Assembly: GCA_002420005.1 (NCBI GenBank) | Contig: DIHE01000126.1 | Span: 77,536-141,535 of the forward strand | Direction of reading: 5' to 3' | Origin: Holophagales bacterium UBA5704 | GTDB taxonomy: Bacteria; Acidobacteriota; Thermoanaerobaculia; Multivoradales; UBA5704 | DNA length: 64,000 nt | Shown here: positions 1-10,099 of the stretch, in pieces | Layout of the letters: every line of letters begins with the position of its first letter | Position numbering within the stretch: position 1 is the first letter of the stretch | Notes under the pieces: generated by a model | Databases searched by the model: none | What the model was told of the DNA's origin: nothing | What the model saw: only the letters and a program-made list of their open reading frames with translations | Made by a program: the position numbers and the translations under genes

Positions 1-507
1 CAGCACCGCGACCTGGAGTTGCTCGGGTTGCAGGAGCCGGGAGGGGACGCGGAGCACAACGAGGCGCTGGGGACGCTGTGGAACACCTACGAGATCTCCG
101 GCGTGTCGCTGGTCGACCTGCGCGTCTGGCAGTGGCTGTACGAGCACCCGGAGGCCACGCCGGCGGAGCTGCGCGAGGCGGCGCTCACCATCGCCCGCAC
201 GGTGTGGAACCGCTGGTTTGCGCCGGTCTTCGGGGTGCGCGACAGCGAGATCCTGGCGATTTACTCGCACATGATCGCCTACGGCCTCTACCTGCCCGAC
301 TACGCGATCGGCCACATCATCGCGTTCCAGGTGGCGGGACGGCTGACGCAGGAGACGTTCGGTGCGGAGGTCGAACGGATGACCCGCCAGGGACACGTGA
401 CGCCCGGGGTCTGGATCCAAGGGGCCGTCGGAGGACCGGTCTCGGCCGAGGCCTTGCTCGCCGCGTCCCGCGTGGCGCTCGCGGCGTTCACCCGGGTTCC
501 GGCGTGA
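1..507 (+). CDS. C-terminal fragment of a conserved protein entering from upstream of the window (function not recognised)
   Basis: Frame 1 is open from base 1 to the stop at 505-507 with high third-position GC. I cannot name a family motif. Confidence 0.5.
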   Translation, partial: QHRDLELLGLQEPGGDAEHNEALGTLWNTYEISGVSLVDLRVWQWLYEHPEATPAELREAALTIARTVWNRWFAPVFGVRDSEILAIYSHMIAYGLYLPDYAIGHIIAFQVAGRLTQETFGAEVERMTRQGHVTPGVWIQGAVGGPVSAEALLAASRVALAAFTRVPA

Positions 508-1123
508 CCGCTTCCCGGAATCCCTCTGCCCTCTCCAGGTCCTGCGGGGTGTTGACGTTGAGAAACATCTCCGCGGGATCGCCGAAGGCGGCAAGCCATG
601 TCTCGTCGAGCCGGCGGATGGAGAGCCCGGGCGCTGCGGTGAGCGGATGGAGGGCGTAGAATCCATGCGCCACCCGCTCCTCCAGGGCGGCGAGCGCGCC
701 GGGTCCCCAGAGGGCACAGAGCGGCTCCGGACCTTCCCGCCCCTGAGGCACGATCCAGTCCGGCGGCCGATCGCCGGCCTGCAGCTCCGCGGCGAGCGCC
801 GCGAGGAGCGGGACGGGGACCCGCGGCAGGTCGCAGGCGAGGACCAGGAGAGGACGGCCGGGGAACGCGCGCGCCGCGCCGAGGAGCCCGGCGGCCGGAC
901 CCTGGCCGGGACCGTCCGGCACCGACCGGCGGCCCGGCACGAGGCCGCGTCCGCGGTCGGCCAGCACGACCTCCGGGCAGACCGCGGCGAGCCGCGCCGC
1001 CGCACCGGCCGCGAGGGGGATCCCCGCGACTTCGAGGCGGGCCTTGTCGCGCCCCATCCGGCGCGAGGTACCGCCCGCGAGAACCAGTCCGACGACTTCG
1101 ACCACCGCTTTCACCGTGTCCAC
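488..1123 (-). CDS. mobA: molybdenum cofactor guanylyltransferase
   Basis: N-terminal [14 protein letters not shown] nucleotide-binding motif and LACDLP motif in a 211-aa MobA-sized protein. Confidence 0.8.
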   Translation of the reverse strand: MDTVKAVVEVVGLVLAGGTSRRMGRDKARLEVAGIPLAAGAAARLAAVCPEVVLADRGRGLVPGRRSVPDGPGQGPAAGLLGAARAFPGRPLLVLACDLPRVPVPLLAALAAELQAGDRPPDWIVPQGREGPEPLCALWGPGALAALEERVAHGFYALHPLTAAPGLSIRRLDETWLAAFGDPAEMFLNVNTPQDLERAEGFREAVTPEPG

Positions 1124-1152
1124 ACCTACAACATGACAGAGGAGACCATCCG

Positions 1153-1752
1153 ATGAAAAGAATGCATGGCATCCTGGCCGGCGCCCTCGTCCTGGGCCTC
1201 GCCGGTCTCGCCACCGCCCAGGACGCCCCCAAGGCCTCCACGCCCGCGTCTGCCGCCCCGCGCGTCGCCTTCGAGACCAGCAAGGGACGCATCGTCCTCG
1301 AGCTCTCCCCCGACAAGGCCCCCAAGTCGGTGGCGAACTTCCTCCAGTACGTCAAGTCCGGTCACTACAACGGCGTGATCTTCCACCGTGTCATCGACGG
1401 CTTCATGATCCAGGGGGGAGGCTTCACCGCGGACATGACCCAGAAGCCGGCCCAGGCACCGATCCAGAACGAGGCGGACAACGGCCTGCGCAACGACCGC
1501 GGCACCATCGCCATGGCGCGGACGGGCGACCCGCACAGCGCCAGCGCCCAGTTTTTCATCAACACGGTCAACAACGACGGTTTGAACCACAAGAGCAAGA
1601 CCCCGCAGGGCTGGGGGTATACCGTCTTCGGCAAGGTGGTCGAGGGGATGGACGTGGTGGACGCCATCGCCAAGGTGCCGACCGGCATGAAGAAAGGCTT
1701 CGCCGACGTACCGGTACAACCGGTGACCATCACGAAGGCGACCGTCCTCTAA
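1153..1752 (+). CDS. ppiA: periplasmic cyclophilin-type peptidyl-prolyl cis-trans isomerase
   Basis: Signal peptide (…[10 protein letters not shown]) followed by the cyclophilin signature [15 protein letters not shown] and [17 protein letters not shown]. Confidence 0.9.
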   Translation: MKRMHGILAGALVLGLAGLATAQDAPKASTPASAAPRVAFETSKGRIVLELSPDKAPKSVANFLQYVKSGHYNGVIFHRVIDGFMIQGGGFTADMTQKPAQAPIQNEADNGLRNDRGTIAMARTGDPHSASAQFFINTVNNDGLNHKSKTPQGWGYTVFGKVVEGMDVVDAIAKVPTGMKKGFADVPVQPVTITKATVL

Positions 1753-1783
1753 GCCTCCGGGCTGCAGAGCCGGGGAGTCCGTC

Positions 1784-1811
1784 CTGGCGCAGGGATCTGC
1801 ACCTGCGCCGG
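1784..1811. terminator. GC-rich hairpin between convergent ppiA and csp (possible bidirectional terminator)
   Basis: CTGGCGCAGG (1784-1793) pairs with CCTGCGCCGG (1802-1811), 10 bp including one G.T, around an 8-nt loop. There is no clear U-tract. Confidence 0.4.
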
Positions 1812-1813
1812 GG

Positions 1814-2020
1814 TCACCCCCGCATCACGTTGCGGGCCTGCAACCCCTTGGGTCCCTCGACGACCTCGAAGCTCACCTTCTCCCCCTGGGTCAGTGTCCG
1901 GAAACCCTCGGCGACGATCGAGGTGTGATGGACGAACACGTCCTCACCGCCCGGCTCCGGCTGGATGAACCCGAAGCCCTTGGCGTTGTTGAACCACTTC
2001 ACCATTCCTGTCTGGGGCAT
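1814..2020 (-). CDS. cspA: cold-shock protein, CspA family
   Basis: [21 protein letters not shown]…DVFVHHTSI carries the RNP1/RNP2 motifs. I chose the ATG at 2020; the track ORF starts 21 codons upstream at 2083. Confidence 0.9.
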   Translation of the reverse strand: MPQTGMVKWFNNAKGFGFIQPEPGGEDVFVHHTSIVAEGFRTLTQGEKVSFEVVEGPKGLQARNVMRG

Positions 2021-2187
2021 GTGCTCCGACTCCTTTCTGCCAGGCCGGTTGTGCGCGCCACGAAAGGAACAACTTCCGTCCACAAGTGTGGACAGATCGT
2101 AACACAGGCGCGGCCGGCCCTGGAGGTCTTTCAGCAGTCCTGGAGGACGGAGGTCAGGGTCTGGGAGGTGAAGAGGGAGGGAAGGAT

Positions 2188-2272
<85 letters not shown>

Positions 2273-2310
2273 ACAGGAACCATTGTATCAGCCTTTCCCG
2301 CCGTCCGGAA

Positions 2311-2697
2311 CTACTGTTCGGCAGGAGCCGGCGTCCCCGCGGGAGCCGGAGAGGGCTGCGCAGGCGCCGGCTGGGCCGGAGCCGCCGGCGCGGGCACCGC
2401 CGGAGCGGCCGGCGCAGGAGCGGTCTCCGCCGCGGTCGTCTCGGCGTCTTCCATGACCGTTCCGCCGCCGCGATGGAACTGCGGCAGACCGATCAGGAGG
2501 GTGGTGATGATGAAGACGACGAAGGAGCCGACCGTCAGCTTGTGGAGCAGCGTGGTCGCTCCCCGCGCGCCGAAGGCCGTCTGCGTGGTGCCGCCGCCAA
2601 AGACGGACAGGTCCGCGCCTTTGCCCTGCTGGAGCAGGACGACGAGGATCAGAAAGAGACAGACCATCACGTGGATGGCATACAGCACGTAGATCAC
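2311..2697 (-). CDS. secG: preprotein translocase subunit SecG with an Ala/Pro-rich C-terminal tail
   Basis: N-terminus [36 protein letters not shown] is typical of SecG. It has two TM helices and a roughly 50-aa AP-rich tail. Confidence 0.85.
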   Translation of the reverse strand: MIYVLYAIHVMVCLFLILVVLLQQGKGADLSVFGGGTTQTAFGARGATTLLHKLTVGSFVVFIITTLLIGLPQFHRGGGTVMEDAETTAAETAPAPAAPAVPAPAAPAQPAPAQPSPAPAGTPAPAEQ

Positions 2698-2769
2698 GGT
2701 TTCAGGCCTCCGGGGATTCGTTCGGCCCGCCGCAAGGGCGAACCGGTCCAGCTCGCTCCGCTGAGCGCA

Positions 2770-3540
2770 CTAGCCGGAACCACGTATGATAGCCAGGAAA
2801 TTTCTCGGGTCAAGACTTGCACCGCCCACCAGGAAGCCGTCGATGTCCGCCTGGGCGATCAGGCCGGGCGCACTGTCGGGTGTGACGGAGCCTCCATAGA
2901 GGAGGGACAGCCCCTCCGCGGCCGGCCCCACGCCCTCCAGGCCGGCCAGCAGGCGGCGCAGAAACGCATGCGCCTCCTGGGCGATCTCCGGTGTCGCGGT
3001 CTCGCCGGTGCCGATCGCCCAGACCGGCTCGTAGGCCAACGCGAAACCAACCGGCCGGCTGTCGAGCGGGGCGAGCGCGGCGCGGAGCTGGCGTTCGAGC
3101 ACCTCGAACGTGCGGCCGGCCTGCCGTTCGTCCCGCGTCTCGCCCAGGCAGATCAAAGGGGTCAGGCCGTGGCGCAGCGCCGCCGCCGCCTTGCGTCCCA
3201 CCAGCTCGTCGCTCTCGCCGTGGTCGCGCCGCCGCTCGCTGTGCCCGCACAGGACCCAGGTGCAGCCGGCGTCGGCGAGCTGGGCACCGGAGACGTCGCC
3301 GGTGTGCGCTCCCTTCTCCGCCGGGTGCAGATCCTGCCCGCCGACCGCGATGCTGCTCCCGGTGAGCTCGCGGGCGACGACCGGGAGCAGCGGAAAGGAG
3401 GGAAAGACGGCGACGCCGACCGCCGCCTTGGAGGTCGGAAGATCGCTGCGCAGGGCGCGGCACCAGACGGCGGCCTCGGCCTGCAGCAGGTTCATCTTCC
3501 AATTGCCGGCCACCAGGGGCCGCCGCCGTCCTCCGCTCAC
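2770..3540 (-). CDS. tpiA: triosephosphate isomerase
   Basis: AGNWKMN, CGHSERR and AYEPVWAIGTG motifs. Confidence 0.95.
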   Translation of the reverse strand: MSGGRRRPLVAGNWKMNLLQAEAAVWCRALRSDLPTSKAAVGVAVFPSFPLLPVVARELTGSSIAVGGQDLHPAEKGAHTGDVSGAQLADAGCTWVLCGHSERRRDHGESDELVGRKAAAALRHGLTPLICLGETRDERQAGRTFEVLERQLRAALAPLDSRPVGFALAYEPVWAIGTGETATPEIAQEAHAFLRRLLAGLEGVGPAAEGLSLLYGGSVTPDSAPGLIAQADIDGFLVGGASLDPRNFLAIIRGSG

Positions 3541-4745
3541 CGCCCGGCCCCCTTCTGCAGCACGGTGACGCCGGGCAGCTCCTTGCCGGCCAGGAACTCC
3601 AGCGAGGCGCCGCCGCCGGTCGAGACATGGCCGATGCGTGCGGTGGAGCCCGCTTGATGGGCCGCCGCCACGGTCTCGCCGCCGCCGATCACCGAGAAGC
3701 CCGGGCAGCTTTCGAGCGCCTGTGCCACGGCGCGGGTGCCGGCGTCGAACGGTGGTTTCTCGAACACGCCCAGCGGGCCGTTCCAGAACAAGGTACGGGC
3801 GCGTCCCACCGCGGCGGTGAACGCTGCACGGGTGGCCGGTCCCACGTCCACCGCCTTGGTGCCCGCGGGGACCGCCGCCACCGGCACGGTCTCGATGCGC
3901 TGCGGGTTGCCGAGGTCGTCGGTGACCACCAGATCGGTGGGGAGGAGCACCTCGATGCCGCGGCTCGCGGCGCGCGTCAGGATGTCCTTGGCGAGATCGA
4001 CCCGGTCGGGCTCGAAGAGGGAGGCGGCGAGGTCGTGCCCCTGGGCCACCAGGAAGGTGTTCGCCATGCCGCCGCCGAGCAGCAGGATGTCGAGGCGCGG
4101 CAGCAGGTTCTCCAGGGTGTCGATCTTGCCCTCGATCTTGGCGCCGCCGAGGATCGCGGCAAACGGGCGGTCGGGCTCGCCGAGCAGGCGGCCGAGCGCC
4201 GTCACCTCGCGCGCCAGCAGCCGGCCGGCGGCCTTGTGAGGCAGCCGCTCAGGGACGCCCACCACGGAAGCATGGGCGCGGTGGGCGCTGCCGAAGGCGT
4301 CGTCCACGTAGACCTCGGCGAGGGCGGCGAGGCGGTCGGCGAACGCCGGGTCGTTCTTCGTCTCCCCGGCGTGGAAGCGCAGGTTTTCAAGCAGCGCCAC
4401 CTCGCCACGGCCGAGCTCCGCGGCCACCGCCTCGGCGGCCTCGCCCACGCAATCGGTGGCGAAGCGCACCGGCCGGCCGAGCAGCTCGGCGAGCTTCGCC
4501 GCCACCGGCCGCAGGCTGTAGCGGGGGTCGGGGCCATCCTTCGGGCGGCCGTGGTGGGAGGCGAGCAGGAGCTTCGCCCCGGCCCCGGTGAGCTCGCGCA
4601 AGGTGGGCAACGCCTCTTCCAGGCGGGTGGCGTCGATCACCTCGCCGGAGGAGGACAGGGGCACGTTGAAGTCCACGCGGACGAAGACGCGCGCCCCGTC
4701 CAGGCGGCCGCGGTCGAGATCGTCGAGAGTCAGCAGATCGGTCAT
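3537..4745 (-). CDS. pgk: phosphoglycerate kinase
   Basis: RVDFNVPL N-terminal motif, 402 aa, and a 4-nt overlap with tpiA. Confidence 0.95.
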   Translation of the reverse strand: MTDLLTLDDLDRGRLDGARVFVRVDFNVPLSSSGEVIDATRLEEALPTLRELTGAGAKLLLASHHGRPKDGPDPRYSLRPVAAKLAELLGRPVRFATDCVGEAAEAVAAELGRGEVALLENLRFHAGETKNDPAFADRLAALAEVYVDDAFGSAHRAHASVVGVPERLPHKAAGRLLAREVTALGRLLGEPDRPFAAILGGAKIEGKIDTLENLLPRLDILLLGGGMANTFLVAQGHDLAASLFEPDRVDLAKDILTRAASRGIEVLLPTDLVVTDDLGNPQRIETVPVAAVPAGTKAVDVGPATRAAFTAAVGRARTLFWNGPLGVFEKPPFDAGTRAVAQALESCPGFSVIGGGETVAAAHQAGSTARIGHVSTGGGASLEFLAGKELPGVTVLQKGAGR

Positions 4746-4769
4746 CGGGCTTCTCCCAGGTCGAAGGAT

Positions 4770-5789
4770 TCAAGAGGAGGTGCGCACCGCGAGCAGCGCC
4801 AGCAGGTCGGCGAGCCGGTGGGCGTAGCCCCACTCATTGTCGTACCAGGCGAGGATGCGCACAAGGTGGTCGCCGCGGCTTTCGAGGAGGGGCAGGTCGA
4901 CCACGGCGGAGCGCGGATCGTTGATGAAGTCGGAGGACACCAGCTCCTCCTCGGTGACGCCGAGAAAGCCGGCGAGCGGGCCGTCCGCCGCCGTCCGGAA
5001 GGCCTCGGCGAGCGCCGCCACCGGGGCCGGCCGCTCGGTCACCGCCACCAGATCGAGCAAGGCGACCGCCGGGGTCGGCACGCGGATCGCCTGGCCGCCG
5101 ATCCGCCCGGCGAGAGCCGGCAGCAGGTCGCCGACCGCCGCCGCCGCGGTGGTGGCGGTCGGGATGATGTTGAGCGCCGCGGCGCGCGACCGCCGCGGGT
5201 CGGGATGCGGCAGGTCGAGCAGCCGCTGGTTCTCGGTATAGCTGTGCACCGTGCTCATCAGCGCATGGCGCACGCCGAAGCCGTCGTCGAGCACCTTGGC
5301 GACCAGGGCCAGGGCATTCGTCGTGCACGAGGCATTGCTGGTCACCGGAGCGCGCTCCGGCTCCCAGGCGTCCTGGTTGAGACCGAGGCAGACGGTGAAG
5401 TCCGCCGGATCGGCCGGGTCCGCGTTGGCGGAGAGGATCACCGTCCGCACCCCGCCGCGCAGATGGGCGGCGGCCCGGCTCCGCGCGAGAAAGCGGCCGG
5501 TCGCCTCGACCACGGCGGTCACCCCGTGGCGCGGCCAGTCGATGCGCGCCGGATCGGGCTCCTGGAAGACCGGCAGGAAGCTTCCGTCGATCTGAAGCCC
5601 CCCCTCCACCGCCTCGACGCGGCCGGGAAACGAGCCATGGACCGTGTCGCGTGCGAGGAGCCGGGCGAGCTGCGGCAGGGGGACGATGTCGTTGCACGCC
5701 GCGATCTCGATCCCGGGAAGCTCCCGGGCGGCGCGCAGGAGGGCGCGTCCGACGCGGCCGAACCCATTGATGGCAAAGCGGAGAGACAT
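4770..5789 (-). CDS. gap: type I glyceraldehyde-3-phosphate dehydrogenase
   Basis: INGFGRVGR, SNASCTTN and WYDNEWGY motifs. Confidence 0.95.
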   Translation of the reverse strand: MSLRFAINGFGRVGRALLRAARELPGIEIAACNDIVPLPQLARLLARDTVHGSFPGRVEAVEGGLQIDGSFLPVFQEPDPARIDWPRHGVTAVVEATGRFLARSRAAAHLRGGVRTVILSANADPADPADFTVCLGLNQDAWEPERAPVTSNASCTTNALALVAKVLDDGFGVRHALMSTVHSYTENQRLLDLPHPDPRRSRAAALNIIPTATTAAAAVGDLLPALAGRIGGQAIRVPTPAVALLDLVAVTERPAPVAALAEAFRTAADGPLAGFLGVTEEELVSSDFINDPRSAVVDLPLLESRGDHLVRILAWYDNEWGYAHRLADLLALLAVRTSS

Positions 5790-6029
5790 GGCGTTTTTCT
5801 AGTCTATGTCACGCCTGGGGCCTGCGGCGCACTTATAGAGGGTGGGAGAGCGTGGACGGCTTCCGTTCGGGCCGCGCTTGGCGGATAATACGCATTCCCG
5901 GTGGAGGCTCTGCCGGGCCGGGCCGAAATCGCTGCGTCGCCCGCACCGGACATCGGTGAACGGGCCGGCGGGAAGTCATCGCAGCTCCAGCAGCTTCAGA
6001 CAACGATCCGATCGCAGGAGGACCGACCG

Positions 6030-6371
6030 ATGGCCGAGATGGGCAAGTACTGCAAGGCATACCTCGCGAAGCAGTTCCGGGAGTATCCGGGCTGGAGCGA
6101 GAAGGCGGAGAACGTCCGCAAGGACAAGAAGGACGTGGACGGCAAGGAGGTGGAGGTCGACCGGGTGCTCGACGACGAGTCGATCCTGTATCTCCAGGAG
6201 AACTACATCGTCACCGACGGCATCTTCAAAGACCAGAACATCATCTTCGACAACGTGACCGACGAGTGGAAGGAGTACTGCCATTCGACGCTCGCGTTCG
6301 AGATCCCGGTCTACGAGCCGATCAACATCCCGCAGGCGGGCGACGCGGCGCCGGCCGAGAGCAACGGCTGA
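6030..6371 (+). CDS. hypothetical cytoplasmic protein (113 aa)
   Basis: ATG at 6030 lies 8 nt after AGGAGG. GC3 is high. No recognisable domain (MAEMGKYCKAYLAKQFREYPGW…). Confidence 0.5.
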   Translation: MAEMGKYCKAYLAKQFREYPGWSEKAENVRKDKKDVDGKEVEVDRVLDDESILYLQENYIVTDGIFKDQNIIFDNVTDEWKEYCHSTLAFEIPVYEPINIPQAGDAAPAESNG

Positions 6372-6434
6372 TTCCCCACCCCCAGCCCCCTGCCATCGCT
6401 CCCTCTCCTTGACGGGAGGGGGGGCGCGTCCATC

Positions 6435-7496
6435 ATGCTCTCCCCTCTGGTCCTCGGCATCGAGACCTCGTGCGACGACACCGCCTGTGCGGTGCTCGAC
6501 GGCGAGGGGCGCATCCTGTCCTCCGTCGTCTCCAGCCAGCTCGCCTCGCACCGGCCGTACGGCGGCGTGGTGCCTGAGATCGCGTCGCGCGAGCACCTGT
6601 CCAACTGGCCGGCGGTGAGCGCCGAGGCGTTCGCCCGGGCAGGAGTCGCCCTCTCCGCGGTCGAGGTCGTGGCGGCGACCCGTGGCCCCGGCTTGGTGGG
6701 AGCCCTCCTCGTCGGGCTTGCGCTCGGCAAGTCGATCGCCCTCGCGCTCGGCCGTCCCTTTCTCGGCGTCCATCACCTGGAAGGGCACCTTTACTCGCCG
6801 TTCCTGGCTCCGCAGAGCGCCACCGCGCCGGCCGCGGAGGTCCCGGAGCGCTTCGTGGGCCTCGTCGTCTCCGGGGGGCACACCTCGTTGTTCGCGGTGG
6901 ACGCGGGGCGCATCGAGACCCTCGGCGAGACGCGGGACGACGCGATGGGCGAGGTGTTCGACAAGGTCGGCAAGCGCCTCGGCCTGCCCTACCCCCAGGG
7001 TCCCCTGGTCGATCAGCTCGCCGAGCGGGGAGACCCCGCCGCCCGCCGCTTCTCCACCCCGCGCAGCGGCGACACGCTCGACGTCTCCTACTCGGGCCTC
7101 AAGAGCCAGGCGCTGCTGGAGATCGAAAAGCTGGAGCGCACCCTCGGAGCGATCGACCTCGGAGCGCCGGACACCGAGCCGCCCCAGCCCGTCCTCGACC
7201 TCCTCGCCGGCTTCCGCGCCGCCACGGTCGCCCAGCTGATCGACCGGCTCGACCGTCTGGCCGACCGGCAGGAGATCCCCCTCCTCGCCGTCTCCGGAGG
7301 CGTCGCCGCCAACCGTCTGCTGCGCCGCGAGCTCCCCGCCTGGGCCGCGCGCCGGGGCGTCGATCTGCGCCTCGTCCCCCTCGAATGGTCGGGAGACAAC
7401 GCCGCGATGATCGCCCACGCGGCCCTCCTGCGGCATCGCCGCGGCCAGGCGGACGATCCGTTCCAGGCCGAAGCCGCGAGCCGGATTCCGCTGTGA
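6435..7496 (+). CDS. tsaD: tRNA N6-adenosine threonylcarbamoyltransferase
   Basis: LGIETSCDDTA N-terminus, HHLEGH metal motif and SGGVAAN. This matches Kae1/TsaD family architecture. Confidence 0.9.
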   Translation: MLSPLVLGIETSCDDTACAVLDGEGRILSSVVSSQLASHRPYGGVVPEIASREHLSNWPAVSAEAFARAGVALSAVEVVAATRGPGLVGALLVGLALGKSIALALGRPFLGVHHLEGHLYSPFLAPQSATAPAAEVPERFVGLVVSGGHTSLFAVDAGRIETLGETRDDAMGEVFDKVGKRLGLPYPQGPLVDQLAERGDPAARRFSTPRSGDTLDVSYSGLKSQALLEIEKLERTLGAIDLGAPDTEPPQPVLDLLAGFRAATVAQLIDRLDRLADRQEIPLLAVSGGVAANRLLRRELPAWAARRGVDLRLVPLEWSGDNAAMIAHAALLRHRRGQADDPFQAEAASRIPL

Positions 7497-7675
7497 AGCC
7501 TCACCCTGGGAAGCCCTCAGTGCCGAGCCCGTGCCCCGGAGCTACCGCCCGCGCCCCCTGGGAGCGCTGGCGTCTCGCCGGCCTTCAAATAAATTGGGCC
7601 GAAGGCCCGACCCTGGGTTTGATGCACCACGCCCCGGGTTGAAACCCAATGCCCCGGGAGCTTCCCCGGCACCGG

Positions 7676-9535
7676 CTAGGGCAACGGGTCCGGCTCACGC
7701 AAGGTGGACCGAGGCGGCGTCGCCACCTCCCCCGACTGCAACTGCCACAGGTCCGCATACGTGCCGCCGCGGGCCAGGAGGTCGTCGTGGTGCCCTTCCT
7801 CCACGACGGCGCCGTCGCGCAGGACGAGGATGCGGTCGGCGTGGCGGATGGTGGAGAGGCGGTGGGCGATGATCAGGGCGGTGCGGCCGGCGGTCAGGGC
7901 GGAGAGGGCCTGCTGGATGGCCCGCTCGGTTTCGGTGTCCACGGCGCTGGTGGCTTCGTCGAGGAGGAGGATCGGTGCGTCTTTGACGATCGCCCGGGCG
8001 ATCGACAGGCGCTGGCGCTGGCCGCCGGAGAGCTGGATGCCCCGTTCTCCCACCGGCGTGTCATAGCCCTGCGGCAGCGAGACCACGAAGTCGTGGAGCT
8101 GGGCGAGCCGGGCGGCCCGCTCGACCTCTGCGAACGGGGCATCGCCGTTCACGTAGGCGATGTTCTCCCGGATGGTCCCGTGGAACAGGTAGACCTCCTG
8201 GCTGACCAGGGCGATGTTGCGCCGCAAGTCGGCCAGGGGGATGTCGCGCACGTCGTGGCCGTCGAGGCGCACGGTGCCGTTGTCGACGTCGTAGAAGCGG
8301 AGAAGGAGCTTGATCAGGGTCGACTTGCCCGCCCCGGTGGGGCCGGCCACGCCCAGCGTTTCGCCGGGGGCGATGCGGAAGGTGAGGTCGCGCAGCACCG
8401 GCTCGTCCCCGCGTCCACGGGCATAGCGGAAGGAGACGCCGTCGAAACGGATCTCGCCCTGCGCCCGGCCGAGCCGGATCGGATGGGCCGGCTCGGCGAT
8501 GCGCGACGGGGTGTCGAGCAGGCCGAAGATCCGCCGCGAGCTCGCCTTGGCCCGCTCGAAGTCGTCGAGGGTGGTGCCGAGCCGGGTGATCGGCCAGAGC
8601 AGCCGCTCGGTGAGCATGGCGAAGAGCACCAGCTCCCCGGCGCTCAGAATCCCCGAGCCGTTGAGCACCCAGTAGCTCCCCACCAGCAGGACCCCGGCGA
8701 AGCCGATCACGATCAGCATCCGGATGACCGGGATGTAGGCCGCAGAGTAGCGGATCGCCGCGAGGTTCGACCGCCGGTAGTCCTCGGAGACCTGGCGCAC
8801 CCGCTCGGTTTCGAACCGCTCGGCGGTGAAGCTCTTGATCACGTGGATGCCGGCGATGTTGTTCTCCAGCCGGCTGGCGAGCGCGCCGACGCCGTCGCGC
8901 ACCCGGCTGTAGCGCGGCGCGATCAGGCGCTGGTAGGTGATGCCTCCCCACAGGATGAAGGGGACCGGGAAGAGCGCGACAAGCGACAGCTGCCAGGAGA
9001 TCGGGATCATCACCGCCATCGAAAAGGCGAAGAGCACGCCGACCTGGAGCATCTCGTTGAACCCGGTGTTCAAGAAGCGTTCGAGCTGGTTCACGTCGTC
9101 GTTGAGCAGGGCGAGGATCTCGCCCAGGCGGTGCTCCTCGAAAAAGGAGATCTCGCGCGCCTGCACCTGGTTGTAGGCGTCCATCCGCAGGTCGTGCTGC
9201 ACGGTCTGGGCGAGGTCGCGGAAGGCGCTCTGGTAGAGCCACTCGAACAGGCTCTCGAAGAAGAAGATGACGACCGAGAGACCGGCGAGGACGACCGCCA
9301 GGCTCCACGGATCGCGCGTGCCGGCGAGGCGGGAGATCCAGCCCGGCGGCGCGCCGCGCAGGGAGTCGATGACCCAGCCGACCAGGAGCGGCGGCATGAG
9401 GTCGAGGATCTTGTTGGTGATGCTCGAGCCGCAGGCGAAGAGAAACGCGCCGCGGTAGGTCTGGAGATACCGGAACAGCCGCCGCATCGGGCGCCCGGCG
9501 AGCGGGAGGTGGGTGGGGACCGGGCTCTGGCTCAT
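7676..9535 (-). CDS. ABC exporter, fused permease/ATPase (ABCB/MsbA-like)
   Basis: Six-TM N-terminal half, Walker A GPTGAGKST, signature LSGGQRQRLSIARA and Walker B ILLLDEATSA. Confidence 0.9.
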   Translation of the reverse strand: MSQSPVPTHLPLAGRPMRRLFRYLQTYRGAFLFACGSSITNKILDLMPPLLVGWVIDSLRGAPPGWISRLAGTRDPWSLAVVLAGLSVVIFFFESLFEWLYQSAFRDLAQTVQHDLRMDAYNQVQAREISFFEEHRLGEILALLNDDVNQLERFLNTGFNEMLQVGVLFAFSMAVMIPISWQLSLVALFPVPFILWGGITYQRLIAPRYSRVRDGVGALASRLENNIAGIHVIKSFTAERFETERVRQVSEDYRRSNLAAIRYSAAYIPVIRMLIVIGFAGVLLVGSYWVLNGSGILSAGELVLFAMLTERLLWPITRLGTTLDDFERAKASSRRIFGLLDTPSRIAEPAHPIRLGRAQGEIRFDGVSFRYARGRGDEPVLRDLTFRIAPGETLGVAGPTGAGKSTLIKLLLRFYDVDNGTVRLDGHDVRDIPLADLRRNIALVSQEVYLFHGTIRENIAYVNGDAPFAEVERAARLAQLHDFVVSLPQGYDTPVGERGIQLSGGQRQRLSIARAIVKDAPILLLDEATSAVDTETERAIQQALSALTAGRTALIIAHRLSTIRHADRILVLRDGAVVEEGHHDDLLARGGTYADLWQLQSGEVATPPRSTLREPDPLP

Positions 9536-9654
9536 GGCGGCATCCCTCTCCTGGAGGGCCGGAGTCTATCCGATCGCCCCACCGTCCTCCTCGTTCTCTC
9601 GACCCCGGCTCCACGCACCGGCTGGAGGCAAGGTGTTACAGGTTGGGTATGATC

Positions 9655-10099
9655 TGCGACAACCCCCCTTGTCCGACGGCCGCCACCGCGAAATCGCCCA
9701 ACCAACACGGCTGACGTGCGACAAGCTCCAGCCGACCGTGGAACGGAAGCACCCTTTCGGCCGGTGCTTCGCTGCTTGTTGCGACAAGGAAGCGACACAC
9801 GGCCAACAGACCCGCCCGTTTCGCGCCAACGAGGGGTCCATCTGCGACAAGATCGGGCCAAGTTGCGACAACTGGAGGTTGTCCTGCGTCGACTCGCCGC
9901 GATTCGCGCCACGAAACGCGACACTCTGCGACAAACCATGCCGCTCGACCGAGCCGGCGCCTCCTGTTTGTCGCAAGTTGCCGATGTTTCGCGACAAGCT
10001 CAGGCGTTCTGCGACAAGTCAGGCGCTCGTCGTCAACGAATCGAGAGATTCGTGGACAGGTCAGGTGATTCTGCGACAAGTTGCGGTGAGCTTGTCGCA
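9655..10099. repeat. phased array of TGCGACAA / TTGTCGCA motifs (13 GCGACA cores) in a divergent intergenic region
   Basis: Direct TGCGACAA copies start at 9655, 9717, 9780, 9843, 9864, 9927, 10010 and 10072. CGCGACAA is at 9990. Inverted TTGTCGCA copies are at 9968 and 10092. GCGACAC variants are at 9791 and 9917. Spacings between direct copies are 62, 63, 63, 21, 63, 63, 20 and 62 bp. Confidence 0.9.

Noticed and set aside
9655-10099. The motif array interpreted as a chromosomal origin (DnaA boxes) or as a CRISPR array.
   Set aside because: TTGTCGCA matches the TTATCCACA DnaA box at only about 4 of 9 positions. There is no AT-rich unwinding element and no dnaA or dnaN nearby. The repeats are only 8 bp long with irregular lattice occupancy, unlike 28-37-bp CRISPR repeats.
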